64,000 bases of DNA from Zygnema circumcarinatum SAG 698-1b (taxonomy: Eukaryota; Plantae; Zygnematophyceae). The first letter of the stretch is position 1. Each line of letters begins with the position of its first letter. Below the pieces are notes generated by a model. The model was not told where the DNA came from. It searched no databases and saw nothing but the letters and a program-made list of their open reading frames with translations. The translations under genes and the position numbers were made by a program. The stretch lies in NCBI GenBank assembly GCA_037447605.1, contig CM074808.1, positions 3,348,001-3,412,000 of the forward strand, written 5' to 3'. Shown in pieces: positions 50,035 to 63,037 of the stretch.

Positions 50035-53000
50035 TTACTCGAGTTCAGTCTTTGCGAACTGTTTGAGCGGCCTGTCATCTGCTTCCAAAGGATGAAAACG
50101 AGAGAGACGGGGGAAAAGAGAGTATATGTGTGAGAGGCAGAGAGAGAGAGAGAGAGAGAGATAGAGAGAGGGAGAGAGAGACAAGCTCGACACCAGGCTA
50201 GATACTTCGCGTAAGTTTCTGCCTGTCACAACGCGGAGTGCACACAAACCTTGTTTCAGGAGCTTCAAGCACGGACCCAAAATAAGGTGACTCAAATTCA
50301 TAGACAACAGTTGTTTCACTTGAAAGCACCGCAAAAGAAAAGTAAAAAGGAAAGAAAGTGCCCCCACCCCCCCACATACATATTCGGACACATTGTTACA
50401 GACCCGAGAACAAGGGCAGCAGTCAACCACCGGCCATCAGCCATCACCCACCTCGAATGGGAGCGAAGCCGGCGGGGCCGTACACGCCGAGGGGGGAGCC
50501 GTTGACGGAGCAGAGCACCTCTCCGGGCCGCGGCATGCGAACGGACGACTTGGGCCGGTCTTCCACAGGCACCGCTGTTGTTGCCTGCAACGCGGTATTG
50601 TTCGGTCCAGAGAGAGAGAGAGAGAGAGAGTCAGAGTGAGAGAGGGAGGGGGAGAGTGAGAGAGAGAGAGGGAGGGGTAGAGGGAGAGAGGGAGAGGGGG
50701 AGAGAGAGGGAGGGAGGGAGAGGGAGAGAGAGAGGGAGAGAGGGAGAGAGAGGGAGGGGGAGGGGGAGAGGGAGGGAGAGAGAGGGAGGGGGAGAGGGAG
50801 AGAGGGAGAGGGAGAGAGAGAGAGTGGGGGGGAGAGGGAGGGAGAGAGAGGGGAGAGGGAGAGAGAGAGAGTGGGGGGGAGAGGGAGGGAGAGAGAGGGG
50901 AGAGAGGGAGAGAGCGAGAGAAAGAGAGAGATTGGGGGAGAGGGAGAGAGCGGCAGAGGGAGAGAGAGAGGGAGAGAGAGGGGGAAAGGGAGAGAGAGAG
51001 GGAGAGAGGGAGAGAGCGAGAGGGAGAGAGAGATTGGGGGAGAGGGAGAGAGAGGGCGAGAGGGAGAGAGAGAGGGAGAGGGGGAGAGGGGGAGAGAGCG
51101 AGGGAGAGAGACAGCACAAGACAAAACAGTTTGTTTAAGTGCTATTTGATCTTTCACCATTTCTGCATAGGCCCCGTTCTTTCTCGACTTTTCATGCTGC
51201 ATGTCTTTTTTCGTTGTCTTTTATTCTCTGTGAACATAAATAGGAACTTACTTCGATATTGGGAGTCGCCAGTTCGGGAGGTTTCTCGGTGGTTTCCGCT
51301 CCGATCGAGTTTCTTTCATCGACACCTTCCGGACACTCTTCTCTCTCGCTCTGAAAAAGAAAAACAGGGTTTCAAGTTTAGTTTTAGGAGAAAATCTTAC
51401 GTTTTAAGTCAGGATTTTGAGGTTTAAAAAGCAGGGTTCAGCTGCTCGCAAATAACTTGTGAAGGGGATGATATCGTTTTGAATTAAAGAGGAACTTTAA
51501 AACTATAAGAATAGAAGCGGGCCACAGAAATACATGATCTGAGTAACGATTGAAGACTCGCCTGAACAGCTGCTTCTTGTCGATTTTCTGCAATTTCTTC
51601 TCTCTCCTCCGCTATGGGAGCTACATGGACTTCTGAAAAGGGCAAGATAGAAAATACTTAAAAAGATTGTGCATGTTATCCCCGACCTTTACCTTTTGAC
51701 GCCATGTGGGAGAGAGAGGGGCGAAGAGGCTCCGGTGGAGGGATTGAGAAGGGGGGAGAGGGACAGAGACAGAGGGAGAGAGAGTGGGAGGGGGCGAGCG
51801 AGAGAGAGAAAGGCAGCTGTATAGGCGGGGAGAGCAAGAGAGAAAGGATGCAATAGAGTAGGAACTGGGGCGTGGAGAGAGTGAGAGGAAATAGATGAGG
51901 ACTGACAGATGGTGGGAAGGGAGAGGCAGAAGAGGGCAGTGTGGGAGTGTGAGAGAGAGAGAGAAAGGGAGAGAGAGAGGGAGGGCGAGTGTGAGACAGT
52001 ACCTGGGGCGGGTGTCTCTATGGCTTTGCTCTTCCGCACTTTGCTCACATCTCCGCCATACTTCTCCTCAAACTCTCTCACCTCCATCTCCAGCACATAC
52101 TTAGGGAGCTGAACAGAAGGAGCAAGGGGGAATAACGTGAGAAGGCTTGTGAATTAGGGTTTGCAGAAGCAGACGAGAGGATGAATCCAAGAGGAGAAGC
52201 ATGGAAAGGCGCAGAAGTATCAATCGGGAAGAAATAGAAGAGTGGGGGCTATATCTGCGATGTTTTCTAGTGAAAGCATTCTGTTCTATGCCAATTCAAT
52301 CCACGGATTGCTGTTGGCCTCACCAAACTGAGCTGTATATGCAGCTCCTGTCGGAGATTAGCGATGCGTTCATCTATGGCGGCCTTTAGCATCCCAACGC
52401 GCATTTCAGCTGCATCCCGCCACTCTCTCTCACACGGTTCAAAAACAAAAAAATGTGCTGTGTTTTCCGAAAGTTTTCCCTCAATAGTGAAGAAAAGGAG
52501 GTTAAGAAAACAGCGAAAAGTGAAACTCCGGATGAAAGCTCTGAAAGCCAGAAAGGAAAAGAATGTGGAAAAAACGGAAAGGAATCCCTTTAATGAACAC
52601 TGTTTTCCACTTTTTCATGTTTGATGAACGGCACTCTCACATACATGCTCTCTCTGCCACTTTCCATACTCTCTCCCTCTCCTACATATAGGAACCTTCG
52701 CCCCCCTCCCTCCCTCCCTCCCTCCCAATTTCTCTCCCTCTGTCCAAACCATAGCTACCGGTCTCACTCACTGATTCGTCTCTCTTTCTCCCTAATAAAA
52801 CCCTCACTCGTCTCATCTACTCCTTGTCCTTCTATTAATTAAGGCCTTCCATCCTTCGCTTGCATTCGCTTTTCCCTCTGTCTATCTCTCCCAACACCTC
52901 TCCTATCTCGCTCCCCATCTATCACCCAGGTCTCTCTTCCTTCCCCCTCTTTGCACCCCCCCCCCCTCCTCTCTCTCTCTCAACCTCTCCCCTCACTCCG

Positions 53001-53345
53001 CCTCTCCCATATGTGTCTGTGTGTACCCTCTGCCTCCCGCTAGAGACACATCATCTGCATCAAGTATTGAGAAAACCCAACAGAGATACTGCAAATGTAC
53101 CCATTCATAAAATCAGAATAAAAAAAGGAATGAAGCAGTTGTAAACAACCCCCCCACCCCATATCCCTCCAGTCAGTCAGTAAGTCAGTCAGTCAGTCCA
53201 CCATTAATTAGGGTTCCTCACCTCCATCCATGACCTCCTGCTCGAACTGCGCCACGTGGCGGCCCTTGTCCGGACCCGCCGACTCCTCTTGCGGAATGTT
53301 TTCGCATTTTTGCGCCAACGCCTTTCGCGTGTACTTTTTCGGCAT
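50035..53345 (-). CDS. Borealin (chromosomal passenger complex subunit)-like protein, ~187 aa
   Basis: Exons 53345-53222, 52409-52324, 52108-52003, 51632-51562 (GC donor), 50584-50452, 50078-50035. N-term QFEQEV...IDERIANLRQELHIQLSLLPKYVLEMEVREFEEKYGGD fits the Nbl1/Borealin N domain. C-term RMPRPGEVLCSVNGSPL resembles the metazoan GE..S.NGSPL motif. Confidence 0.72.
50611..51115. repeat. ~500-bp polypurine (GA/GGGA) tract in a Borealin intron
   Basis: Almost exclusively G and A on the plus strand. It is the source of the spurious SLSL/ERER ORFs. Confidence 0.95.
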
Positions 53346-53605
53346 CGCGATCTCAAGGGCGAGGGATGGATGCGAGATATTAAGGTATGGGGACGGCTTG
53401 GGTGGATGCAGAGGGTTTAGCGCTCTCAAAAAGGATGAAAGGTAAGATGAGGGTTCAGGAGCAGGTGGTATATGAAGGCGGCCGCAGCCTGCGACTCCTT
53501 TTTACTTCTATTTCTGAGTAAGAGAGGCAAGAAAAACGCTTTATTTTGTTAGCATGGAATGGTATAAATATGAGATAGAAGGAATTCGAAAGGAAGTGCA
53601 CGCGG

Positions 53606-53672
<67 letters not shown>

Positions 53673-53710
53673 GTGGGGGGGAGCGCAATCCCCATTTCCG
53701 AACTTGAGAG

Positions 53711-53720
53711 AGCCGTTGGG
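53711..53720 (-). promoter_or_regulatory. MSA-like (mitosis-specific activator) element upstream of Borealin
   Basis: Minus strand CCCAACGGCT matches the YCYAACGGYY consensus bound by MYB3R factors. It lies about 370 bp upstream of the ATG. Confidence 0.35.
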
Positions 53721-54335
53721 GCCAGAATTCACGGAACCAATGCGATGCCTTTCTCTGCTCTCGGAGAAATGGGATTTTTTTTTGAATCGTACGACGCGTG
53801 TCGGGTTCTGAATGGCTCTTTTAGTACTGAAGGCTACGTGTCGTCTTTTGATTGGGATACCAGTTTTCGTACCAGGCCGTACAGTACCTTGTCCTGGCCG
53901 ACGGGGTTCGGGCTCCCAGCGACCAGTCCTTCCGTGCCACGTGGCGCAGTCGCGGAACCGCGGGGACCGTTCTGCGTGACCCGAGCAGCCACGTCCTCGT
54001 CGTCGTCGTTTTCCATTGGACGGAAGGCACCGGGACTGAGCTCGTTGCCTGTACCGTACGCGAAAACTCCAATCTCCAAAACGACAAGAGAGACATAATG
54101 GGAACCCCAACATGGATCGGGACTTTCTATGACCGTCCAGTCACAGTTTAAAAAAAGTGGATCATACGAACAACACAGAATGTCGCTGTTCCAGTCTGTT
54201 CCATGCTCTCCTGAACTGTAACAGATTTTGAAACTGCACGTGCATTTGTTCAAGGAATTGGCGCGCCTGGCACACCTCCCTCGTGTCCTCTCAGGTTCTC
54301 CGTCGGCTCCCTTCCTCCCTCCCTCCCTTCCTCCT

Positions 54336-55790
54336 ATGATGGCTGCGGTTGGCGGGGACATAGCCGGGTGGCGGGAGAAGGCGGAGGCGCTGCTTGAAGA
54401 GGGGAAGCTTGGGGAGGTGGGGGCGCTTTTGCGCCACGTGGCCTCTGTTCTGCAGTTGCGGGAGGTGGCGGACGCTGACCGCCACGTGGCAGCCTCGCTT
54501 GGGGAGATTTCCAAGCTGTACTACCGCGTGGGAGAGAGCGCTAGTGGACACGAGATGGAAATACGCGCCTCGCACTGTTGGCAGAGGGTGGAGGCGAGGG
54601 AGGGGCGGGAGGTGCGGGGGAGGAAGTGAGAGAGGTTGCATGGAGTAGGGTCATAGGGAGAGAGCGGGGAGGGAGGAGGCTCCTCCCATTTACACGTGGT
54701 TTTTCTTCTCTTTGTTGATATGCGTACAAACCATGGGTTGTGCGAAGATTTTGTACGGAAGTTATGTACAGAGATGTACGGACAGGGTCACACGTGTGAG
54801 TGTTAGCAAAGAGTTTTGAATCCCTGGACCTTCGATCGTATGGGCCATTTTGTTCGATCATGTTACTTTTTTGGCGGCTAGGTTTTAGGAAGGATTTGTA
54901 CAAGGTTATTGTATTCTGAGATTTTGACAACTGGAGCCGTGAGGGAAAAGCATAGGATGTTTATGCTTCAGGTCTGTTTTTGGAATAAAGATGTTTTGGG
55001 AAAAGTGTGTTTTGTGTTGAGTGCTGATCTGAAGTGTTGGATAATTGAGCTTGTCTAGCACGTCTAAGAAGAGTAAGTCTGTCAAAGATGTTGTGAAGGA
55101 AGAAGGACTCAACCCAACACTCTTTGCTACCTTTGGTCCTATCTCTTTCCAAATTTTTATTGGACTGAGTCTTTCTTCTTTCACAGCTTTTTCTGTTTCA
55201 CTTCCCTTTCCTAGACATGTTAGACAAGCTCAATCATCCAACGCTTCAGATCAGCACTCAATGCACAACACACTTATCCCAGTACATGCAAAATATACCG
55301 GAAGCATAGGCATCCTATGCTTTTCCCTCAAAGCTCCAGTTATCAAAATCTCAGAATGTTGTAACCTTATATACAGCTCCTTCCTAAAACCCAGCTGCCA
55401 AAAATAACATGATCAAACAACATGATCCATACGATCAAAGATCTTGTGATTCACAACTCCTTACTAAATCTTGACACGTGTGTCTCTATCTGTTTCTCTT
55501 TGTCTGTCTGTCTCTGTCTGTTTGCTCCATGTCTGATTGTACAGATCTCAACACTTTTCCCTTTCTCTATCCCCCCTTGTTCTCTGTCCCTCCTTCCTTG
55601 TATCCGCACCTCTGATTCCTCTCCTCTTCCTTTTCTCTATGTAGGATTCGGTAATGTGGAGCTGAAGAAGGCTGCCAAAGTTGCGTTGCAGCGAAACTTT
55701 GTGGCACATTTGCACTTCAAAAGTGTCAACAAACGACAAATAATCACACACGAAGTTCAATTCACTTTTTGTCGAAAGCCTTTCTACTGA
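54336..55790 (+). CDS. Small uncharacterised helical (TPR-like) protein; exon structure uncertain
   Basis: Exon 1 MAAVGGDIAGWREKAEALLEEGKLGEVGALLRHVASVLQL... Probable further exons at about 55059-55135 and 55646-55790. Divergent from Borealin and convergent with the ArfGAP. Confidence 0.35.
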
Positions 55791-55978
55791 AACCGTGAAA
55801 TTTGCAAGGAGTGTATCTTCCACGCCATCTTCAACATTTAAAACTAAGAATAAAAGAATTTTACCAATTAACAATGTAATACACGGATTTTTGGAACATG
55901 CACCGTGCATGCCAAAACTGAAACATAAACTACTGCTTCCGTGCAACTGAAACTGTCTGCTTCCTGTATTTACAAACT

Positions 55979-57634
55979 TCAGAACAATGCAGCGAGGTCA
56001 GCAAATGGATCCTTTTTCTGCTGTGTTTCACCGCCATTCATATCATGAAATTCAACATTCGACGAGTTACGGAGGTCGGAAGTTCCTGCAAATTTGTACG
56101 AATCCCCTGGGATCCCTAAAAACCCGGTCGTGCCTTGAACATCAGAACTTCCTGCCATAGCCACACTGTTCTCAATCTCGTGCACATTGAGAGAATCACG
56201 AAATGTTGCTGAAGGTCTCGCCACAGCAGCCGGCATTCTCCCACGTGTCAAACCCTGATTCAGGGAACTACCACTAATTGCCTCTCTCTGCGAAAAAGGC
56301 GCTGGGCTCGCCCACACCCAATCATCATCTGACAGCTGTCCCTCTGTCGTCTGCATCCCAACAGCGCCTCCCTCACTCGGCCTATTTAGATTGCCTGCAG
56401 CTTCAACTGTCACGTCACATTCATGGAGTCTCGGAGAGGCCTCTACCGCTCCCTGCTGCTGTCGAGACTGCGTGTGATTGGGAGCTGTTTTGCCAGGTGG
56501 CGCACTGTTATTAGGGCAAAACAGGCGCTTTTCGTATTTATCTCGAATCCATGTCTCGACAAAGTCATCGGGAGAGTCAGGTCGAGGACGTGGCCGAGTT
56601 AAAGGGACATTAACTGCAGGTAAGGATCAGGAACAGGAGCAGAGAAAGGGGAATAAGAATATTGAGCATTGCCAAGGCCGTAAATGCTGGAGTCCGAGCT
56701 AGTTTTAATTGAATAATGGTTTTGCTTTGAATGAATGAGAAGTAAAGAGAGTGTCCAATCAGGGATAGGGTTGAAGTTCAAGAGGGAAATAAGACTCGAT
56801 CTGGTAAGGAAGCTGGTAAGTGGACGAGGTAAGTAGAGGAGTAGGAGGGCCGGAGCAACAGAGGAAACCCAGGGAGGGATGGAAGGACGAGAGAGGCGAA
56901 AAAAAAATTCGGAGACAAAGGAAAAGAGAACCGGCGAGAGGTAAGGGACTGGACTGAAGGGAGCGAGGTAAGGAAAAAGAATAGTGGCAGAGAGGTAAGG
57001 GAGAGGAATGGCGAGAGAGAGGTAAGGTACAGGATTGGAGGGAAGGGAGAGCAGGGAGAAGAATGGAGGGAGAGCATTAACGCTGAGGAATGAAGGGACT
57101 AAGTGCATAGGGAGAGAAATGCAGAGATCAGGGCACCACAGACAAACATGACGGTAAGGAGATGAGGAGAGATTAGGGTTACATTATTCAGAAGGAGTCC
57201 ACGCACGATAACTGCTTACCCCCAATCCACCCGGGGGGGAAACTATCCCCCTGGAATTCTGAACCCTAAAACCCCTTCCAGCTTTCAACCGTAGTCTATC
57301 CCCCCCCCCTTTCCTTCTTTCCCACACCCCCCCACCAACCCCCCACTCTCTTACATTCCCAAAAGTCGTTCGCTCGGCGATTCCCTACGGCCGCCATGGC
57401 CGCAACATCCTCCGCCCGCCACGTGTCGAGTCCCACGCATTTGGTGCGTGACACGTGTGCGCCCACCTTGCGGTGCAGGCCGTAGCAGCGGTTGCACAGG
57501 AACGTGCCAAGTGTCACCGAGGCGAAGCGCGTGAACGCGCCCCCGCAATCCGCGCACGCGCGGTTCTCCGCCCGTCGCGCCACCGCCTCCACGCCCGCCT
57601 GCGGCTCCGGCGCCGCCACGTGGCGCGCCTTCAT
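55979..57634 (-). CDS. ArfGAP zinc-finger domain protein (~305 aa, 2 exons)
   Basis: Exons 57634-57355 and 56613-55979. Motifs NRACADCG-x16-CNRCYGLHR (CxxC-x16-CxxC plus catalytic Arg), GLDTW, GNRRANDFWE, WIRDKYEKR and C-term DPFADL. Confidence 0.9.
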
Positions 57635-57870
57635 GGGGGGAAAGACACGTGGCAGGGGTAGTCGTCAAACTGCTGCCCCGGGAGCCACGTGGCGCGTCTT
57701 GGAGCGAACACGTGGCAGGGTCGGTCCTACCTGCTCGCTCCGGGAGACACGTGGCGCGCCTTCGTGGGGGAGCGGACACGTGGCAGGGACAGTCGTTCTA
57801 CCTGCTCGCTCCGGGAGCCACGTGGCAAAGCCGAAGGAACGGGCTGACGCTTGGGATGCGTGGCACGTGG
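57614..57870. promoter_or_regulatory. Tandem repeat array carrying 8 G-boxes (CACGTG), overlapping the ArfGAP start
   Basis: CACGTG at 57617, 57646, 57686, 57709, 57748, 57777, 57819 and 57864. Seven are CACGTGGC. Unit period is 62-71 bp. Confidence 0.75.
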
Positions 57871-58345
57871 ACGCATCGTCGATCGACGGCGAATGCTTTG
57901 TGTGACATGGCAGGGAAAGTCACGACAGTCACCTGCCGGTCACGAATGGTACGGAAGTACGATTCAGTACGGAATATCGTGCCGTACGGAATGGCTCTCG
58001 ACTACCGAGGACAGCTCCCGTGTTCAAGACGGAGGTCGCGACATTTTTAATGTATGGGTTCCATGGTCGCATGGTCGCATGGGCATGGGGGGAATCTGAC
58101 GAAAACCTTCACCCTTTTTTAGAAGAAAAGGAAGTCATTTGAAACGCTAAAGACTTTAGTTTACAACAATGAAGCACTCTCGAATGCAAGCAGTGTCGTG
58201 GGAGAAGCCAAAACTCCAAGTGGAAACAATGTCTCGCCGCCTCCTCCAGCAGTCAAGTCGTACTGAGCTCCCCCAACTCCAGCCAATCCTTGGGACAGTG
58301 CAGAACGCACAAACTGCCGGGGTTTGAAGCGTTTCCAAAGGCGGC

Positions 58346-61300
58346 CTAAAGTTGCCAGTCAATTGGAGTTTTCTCCATGTCGACCAGGAGGGCATTTGCC
58401 TTTGAGAAGTGCCTGCACACACGGTCGTTGTCACCCACTTCATTAGTGTCGGAAGTTCCATGGGGAATGCACAAGAACACGCTCTGTACAAAGTTTCCTT
58501 TGTTGGTTTACAGGCTCAACACATGCAGACCATTGTAGATTATTCTTATCAACTCAGAAACTATTACAGGCTGATTCGACAGCCGGGAATAGTGGAATAT
58601 TATGGGAGTGATCGTGAGATCAATGCCAAATCCAATTGCGATCGGAAGAAAGGAGAGTGAGCTAAGCTATACGATCGAGTACGTTGAAGATTTCCACGAA
58701 AGTGCAAAGACCTTCCGATGGAATGATGGCATGTCAAACACAAAGGCGTTTGAGGGCAAGGAGGTGAGCGGAACAGAGGAGAGAGGAGGGCGGGGAGAGC
58801 GAAAGATTAGACACTTACTTGCAACCAATGAAGCCCCGATGTGCAGAGAGACCTGACGGATGCGGTGCTTTCAAAATGTGATGGAGACTTGGACTGATCA
58901 TCCTGTTCACAGCGCAAATCTAGTTGTTCAGTCATCTCATGGAACGATACAACTTGTAGCAATGCTCTCATCTTGCTTCAAATCCATCATGGAAGGACCC
59001 TTACAACAACTTAAACCACCACTAAGGAGTTAATATCTCCTTGATGGTAGATTGCCTTAGGACCATGACTCTGGAGGATGCATGCGAAGGAAATATTTTC
59101 GCATGTTAAACATGAGAATGAGAAACGAACAATATTGTGAACTGAAAAGAGTTGAACGGCTTGGGGGGTCAGAGAAATGAGCACCTGCACTTTTCCTGGG
59201 CATGAGCTCCCCATAGCAAAAAGATGACACCCTTTTGACGCTGTACGAGCGCCCTAATCACGGCGTCAGTGAAGGGTTCCCACCCCTTCCTCGCATGCGA
59301 GTTTGCCTGATGAGCCCTCACTGCCATCATGTAATTCAAAGCCTCTCATGAGTTCTAGAATAAGGTGAAATCGGAAATTAATTGCTTGAGATCATCTCTG
59401 AGCCAAGAGGAATATTTACAAAACTAGCCTGCGATTATTGGTATGGTTCACCTCAGTCTGTTTCCTTTGGAAAGCAGGCACGAATAATGCCTTATCGAAC
59501 CAATGAAGAATATCACAATGGCTCACGTAGGACAATGCGTGAAGGATTCTTGAACCTTTTACAAAAGCATCGATTTTGAAGCTTACCAGTGAGTACAGAG
59601 TTGAGCAGCAGCACACCCTGGCGGAAAAGTAGACACATAGAAAGGGATTAGACAACTTCATCATTTGATTGCTATTGACCCAAACACTGTTCTGACAATA
59701 AGATGCTTGAACGCCCAGTGAATTGTAAACCTCTAAGGTTCCGTGAACTTGAACAAGGCTGCACTTAGTTTGCTTGTTTTGAAGTACGCTAGGGACTGAA
59801 CACCGACCAAAGTTTGTTGTTTTTAGTCTGATAAATGTAATGATGGTCGGTAGAGAGGCAGAGAAAGTACCTGTGCTGCCCACTTCTCCAGATTCCCGTG
59901 TTCGGGAATAGAGCAACCCACATCCGCGTTGATCTCGCGATAAATGTTTTGAAGAGAGGATGGACGCTTGAGGCCTTCTGGAACAGAAAAGCTGAGGCCC
60001 ATTGCTTGACCTGGACCATGATAAGGATCCTGCATTGGCAAAGCTGCACAGCTTGTCAGGATAGAACGATGCACCGGTTTTATGTTTCGATCATGCTAAT
60101 TGACTTAAATTGAAGTTAACGATGTGATCAAAACCTTACGAAATCCTGCTTTTCAGACATGACTGTATTTTGCTTGGCACCTAGTACTGTCAACGTAGGC
60201 CTTGTAGCTGCTAGGCTGGCTGGGCGAAACAATTTTGCCGGTAGAAACATTTTGTCTCTGTGGATCAAGCCCCTATCGGTCCTGGGTGCTGTGATAAATC
60301 ATTAAACTTTCGAAGAGGTCCAACTTTTCCACCTTCTGAATTAATTAATTCCCCATGGTAGACAAGTGAAGCGTTTGGATTGCTGATGCATACCTGTCCA
60401 ATTATTACCAACTTCACTTGATCGAAGGGGCACGAATTGAGAGCCCTAAATATGTGTTGCGGCGGGGGGTAAACGGGGACCTTTCCAGAAGACTCCTGTG
60501 AAAGGAATTTCTGCAACTGTTGTGCATATGCCTTTCTTAGTTCTCCAGGCAATGCATCCTGCCAGCTTTTCTCCACCAGCAGGTCCTCAAGCTCCGGAAA
60601 AGTCAAGCCCTTCTCTGCAATGACACAAAAAGTCAGCTATGAGACGGTTGTAAAAAAGGGTTGCCACAAGCCCAAGGACAGAGCAGTCCAAATGGAGTAA
60701 TTTGTAGCTGACCTAGGAAAAAATAAAAATGCACCTTCATATGTGATCGAAAGGAGTGAATTCAAGTGAGTACAGTTTCCGAGTATAAACGTAAGAGTGG
60801 CAAGGAAACTCATGATTTTGTGAAAATGAAGAAGAAACTCTGTCAAACGTAGCAGCATCAGAAGGCCCTTTCAAGCTAATTTTCACACACGAAAAAAATG
60901 ACCACCAATAAGTGATAAAGGTGCTTCTTGCCTTTACACTGTGCCACTCGTGCTTCACAGATTCGGATTGTTTGTCGCCCAATTGCCAGTGCTCTGTTAA
61001 CTTCACATCTGACTCTCTGATGCAGATTCAAACTCTGAGGAGCGTCGCTGCAGCTGTCAGCGCTAGTGGGGTCTCCATGTTCAGGTTTTGTTGGACTGCA
61101 TTCACACACTCTGGGCCCCAGCTGAGATGCCCTGCAGCTGGCAAACTATATGCATGTCACGCATCAAAAGTTTGCTCCCCTCAATACTGATTTTGCATCC
61201 AGGTTTTACTTTGTTTGATGGCTCGAAAAACAATGAGTTGCGAAATAATGATTCCAGGAAGTTCCTCCATCCTATCAAGAAGAAAACCGTGAACGACCAT

Positions 61301-61964
61301 GACAACGCTCCACGTCTACATTGTAAGGCGTCCCACTTATAATTCATGTCACCACATGATGGAAAGAGTAGAGACGAAAGGGATACAAACATGCACCTCG
61401 ATGGAGGATCAACTGCGCCGTTTGCAAATTCCGACAAACTCGTGTTCTTCCGGGTTCTCTTTCCTGAATCGACTCTTTCAGTGCAGGCGTGTAGATTATT
61501 TTTGTGTTTCGTCAATAAGTCTATCGACTCTCCATCTGACAAGTTCAGATGAAAAAGCCAGAGCTTACAAAAGGAGCTTCATGGAAGCCTAAACGCTTTT
61601 AACCCAACAAGCAGAACCAGCAGGAGAGTTTTCCGCGGATGGAATCTTTTTAATGACAATGAAGCACCTCCTCCACTTGCTATTGAATTCATAAGCGCTT
61701 TGATGGAAGAGAAATGGTTGAAATGTCAAGGCTTCTTCTAAAAAATGCATGGGAGCGACTATTCGAGACATCGAGAGTTTGAGGGTTTTCTCCGAAACTT
61801 TAGACACGGAAAACTTCCTTACCTTTCGTGCCTGCAGCCAACACTTCTGTTTCCCGACTTGTTGTGGCGTCAGATTCAATACGAGTAACTGCAATAGCTG
61901 CTCCGGTGTTCACACGGAACTTTTTGGGAGCTTGGTTGAGGAATGTGAGAGATTGCTGTCTCAT
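58346..61964 (-). CDS. UNG: Family-1 uracil-DNA glycosylase
   Basis: Spliced motifs [27 protein letters not shown]|[36 protein letters not shown]|[10 protein letters not shown]|[58 protein letters not shown] (stop 58346). The N-term MRQQSLTFL is PIP-box-like. 5' exon structure is uncertain. Confidence 0.95.
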
Positions 61965-63037
61965 TCTGTTCTTCGGAGGGTGTCAACGAATGATTCAGTA
62001 ACTTGATAGGTCTGATAAATATTCACTGGTATATCCAAAATCTGAGTGGCATATGAAAGGTTGACCAAAATACCAGTTGCATCTGCTACGCTCAAGTTGC
62101 AAATTTGCACCAATATGTCACAAAAACATCGTATCCTGGTCGCCTTCAGCTCCAGAAATCACTCCAAAACTAGAACTCCAACCTTTGACACAGAAGGCCA
62201 GATCTTTTCAGTCAGTAAAGACTAACAATGCTAAGGCTCCGGGTTTCAGCCAAGATTTCCTTGTCGCACGCCAGAGTTCAATACGGTCCTCCAAAACGAG
62301 CACGAGCATTGATTCACATAATGCGACATCTGCAGCGCTACGAACGCATCACCTGCCCTCCCCTCCTCCTGCCTCCCCTCCGCCCCTCTCCTCCTGAAAG
62401 CAGGCAGGCTCTGTCTGGGCTTGGCAGAAACTTGGACAGTTTTGCTCATGCACACACTCGAAAAGTGGCGCTGGCGGGAAACACCGTCCGTACATTTTGT
62501 CCTTGCGTACAAGCACCGTACAAAAGTTTCCATGATCCGTTTGATCAGTTGTACGAATATGTACGAAATGCACACTCCATGTCAGAAATTTGAGAAATTA
62601 AGAAAGGTCGCAGAAGTACGAAACTGGCCGCATGGAACGGCCATGGCGAGGGCTGCCTGCCAGCGCGGCAGCGTGTCCCCGTCCCTGCTGGCGCCACGTG
62701 GCGGCCGGCGCCCGTCTCCCTCTGCTCCCCCTCTCCCCCTCTCTCCCTCGCCCCCTTCTCCCTCTCAGCTCTGCTCCGCCATTCCCTTCCTCCCTCTTTT
62801 TTGACCTAAAAGGGTTACAGCTGCTGTGAGGAAGCTTGTGGGTAGGAAGCGGAGGAGGAGAGGCTCGCTTGCGTGCGTAGTCTGTACTTGTTTTGGAGAG
62901 CAGGTGGAGGGAGGGAGGGCAAGGCGGTGGAACCGTAAGGGGAGGGAAGGAGGTGGGAGGGCTCGCTTGAAAGGCAGGGAGTTTTGGAGAGGCCCAGGGA
63001 AGGGTTGCGAGGGAGTGAGGGAAAGGGTGCAAGGGCA

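Noticed and set aside
50437-51202. Long SLSP/ERERG ORFs
   Set aside because: Translations of the intronic GA tract. Only 50452-50584 is a real exon.
53834-54514. 226-aa minus-strand ORF
   Set aside because: Antisense to the more plausible plus-strand exon at 54336, within a GC-rich bidirectional promoter.
812-61964. Introner-type (repeated, near-identical) introns
   Set aside because: Introns of the different genes show no shared sequence by eye. The only intron homology comes from the segmental duplication.
62353-62533. Alternative mitochondrial-targeting first exon for UNG (METFVRCLYARTK...RQRHFSS)
   Set aside because: It looks presequence-like, but I could not find a phase-compatible acceptor: an in-frame stop lies 7 codons upstream of the 61964 ATG.
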